From Polyangiaceae bacterium (lineage in GTDB: Bacteria > Myxococcota_A > Polyangia > Polyangiales > Polyangiaceae): 47,168 nucleotides of DNA. The position numbers and the translations under genes were made by a program. Below, piece after piece: positions 46,126 to 47,168 of this stretch (its first letter is position 1; every line of letters starts with the position of its first letter). The DNA lies in the NCBI GenBank assembly GCA_033763455.1, contig JANRKO010000081.1, forward strand, positions 1 to 47,168, read 5' to 3'. The notes beneath the pieces are model-generated. The model was given only the letters and a program-made list of their open reading frames with translations. It did no database searches and was not told the origin of the DNA.

Positions 46126-47031
46126 TCACTGAGGCAGCGCCGTAACGAGAGCGCTCCCTGGAACAATTTCGCCAGCCGTGAGCGGGGATTCCGTGGGCTT
46201 GCTCCATTGAACCACGGCGTGAGTGTCGCCCAGATTTTCGCGGTGGAAAAAATCTAAGTAATAGAGCTTTCCCGCTTCGAGCCGAACCGGTACCGACTTT
46301 TGTTCTTCGCCGGTGAAATCCCCAACCGGTGAATAGGGAGCAATCATAGCGAGGAGCCGGGCATTGGCGGGAGATTCATCCGTGCTCAGCCAAAACTGGC
46401 ACTCGTTATCGCCTCCTACCCAAAACACGTAGTCTCCGGTTGTCGGCGGCTTGATGAAGCCTCGAATGCGCTCCCCAAACTGATTGGCCCAATTCCTTGT
46501 TGTAGTATTATCAACCCAACTGACTGACTGCAGGCTGGAGAGCTGACCGGAGCCTGTAGGGGCATTCGGAAAGGCCGCGTTTGTAAACGGGGTGAAGGCT
46601 GAGATTTCGTCCACGTTGGCGGTGATGCCTGTCCAATATTGGCGGAGCACCGTTCCGGCGCTACCCGGCACGACGGTGCCTTCACATCCCGTAGCATTAC
46701 GGCAGCCCCGTTCGCCGGTGCTGAAGGAACTTAAGTCTGGAGGAACGCTTGTGCCGCCGCTGCCTACCATGCCCCCAAGTGCCGAGGCGCCACCACTTCC
46801 GCCAACAGTGGGCACACTGCCACCGCTTCCACCCAGATTACCAATGGGGACACTGGGCGCGCCGCCGCTCCCGTTCCCGCCACCTGCCCCCATCTGCGAA
46901 GAACCTGAAGCTGCTATTGCACCTCCCAACCCACCCGTTGCGCCGGCTCCCCCGAGGGCTGATGGCGCTCCCCCGGTGACGGCTGCACTGCCGCCAAAAG
47001 CAGAGCCCAACCCGCCTCCGGAACCCGCCTG
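46126..47031 (-). pseudogene. PA14-domain protein, apparently 5'-truncated
   Basis: PA14 motifs FGERIRGFIKPPTTGDYVFWV.GDN...WLSTDE, VRLEAGKLY, VQWS. The Gly-rich linker begins right after an in-frame TGA (47034-47032), with no signal peptide. Confidence 0.6.
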
Positions 47032-47168
47032 TCAGCGGGCATCCGAAACAGCGGCTAGCTGAGCGGAAAGGCGCCCAAGCTTATTTATCCGCTGGCACAA
47101 AGCTCAGATTCTGCGCTCAGGGGAAAGGCGTAAAATTGGTCCAAAGCGCGTTAGCTCTTGGATGATCG

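Overview
GC-rich bacterial DNA. The gene content (several Hanks-type kinases, FHA and PilZ proteins, Gly/Cys-rich lipoproteins, a MYXO-CTERM-like tail) suggests a myxobacterium, probably Polyangiaceae-like; this is an inference. The window has two parts. (1) ~1-16868 is an accessory island, all on the minus strand, directly 3' of a tRNA-Leu(TAG) at 16869-16950. Next to the tRNA is a ~5.8 kb satellite-like integrative core: an unannotated 55-aa ORF, a 267-aa unknown, two Xis-like HTH genes, a Prim-Pol/VirE replicase, an iteron/AT-rich origin, an RHH regulator and a tyrosine integrase. Beyond it is a four-gene, translationally coupled operon: C5 cytosine methyltransferase, Fe-S Cas4/AddB-like PD-(D/E)XK nuclease, 937-aa unknown, and an 1837-aa SF2 helicase with a DUF1998-type C-terminus. 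This operon most resembles a type II Druantia-like anti-phage system. The 55-aa ORF beside the tRNA is a clear paralog of the integrase's C-terminal extension, and no second att copy is visible in the window. (2) ~17200-47168 is core-like: aguB/aguA, TPR/HEAT proteins, tsaD, glutaminyl cyclase, PilZ and FHA proteins, two GT-C glycosyltransferases, three Ser/Thr kinase-family genes (one a pseudokinase), a DEDDh exonuclease, DsbA, a MinD-J-HTH fusion, Cys-rich lipoproteins and a 5'-truncated PA14 gene. All family calls come from motifs read by eye; no database searches were run.
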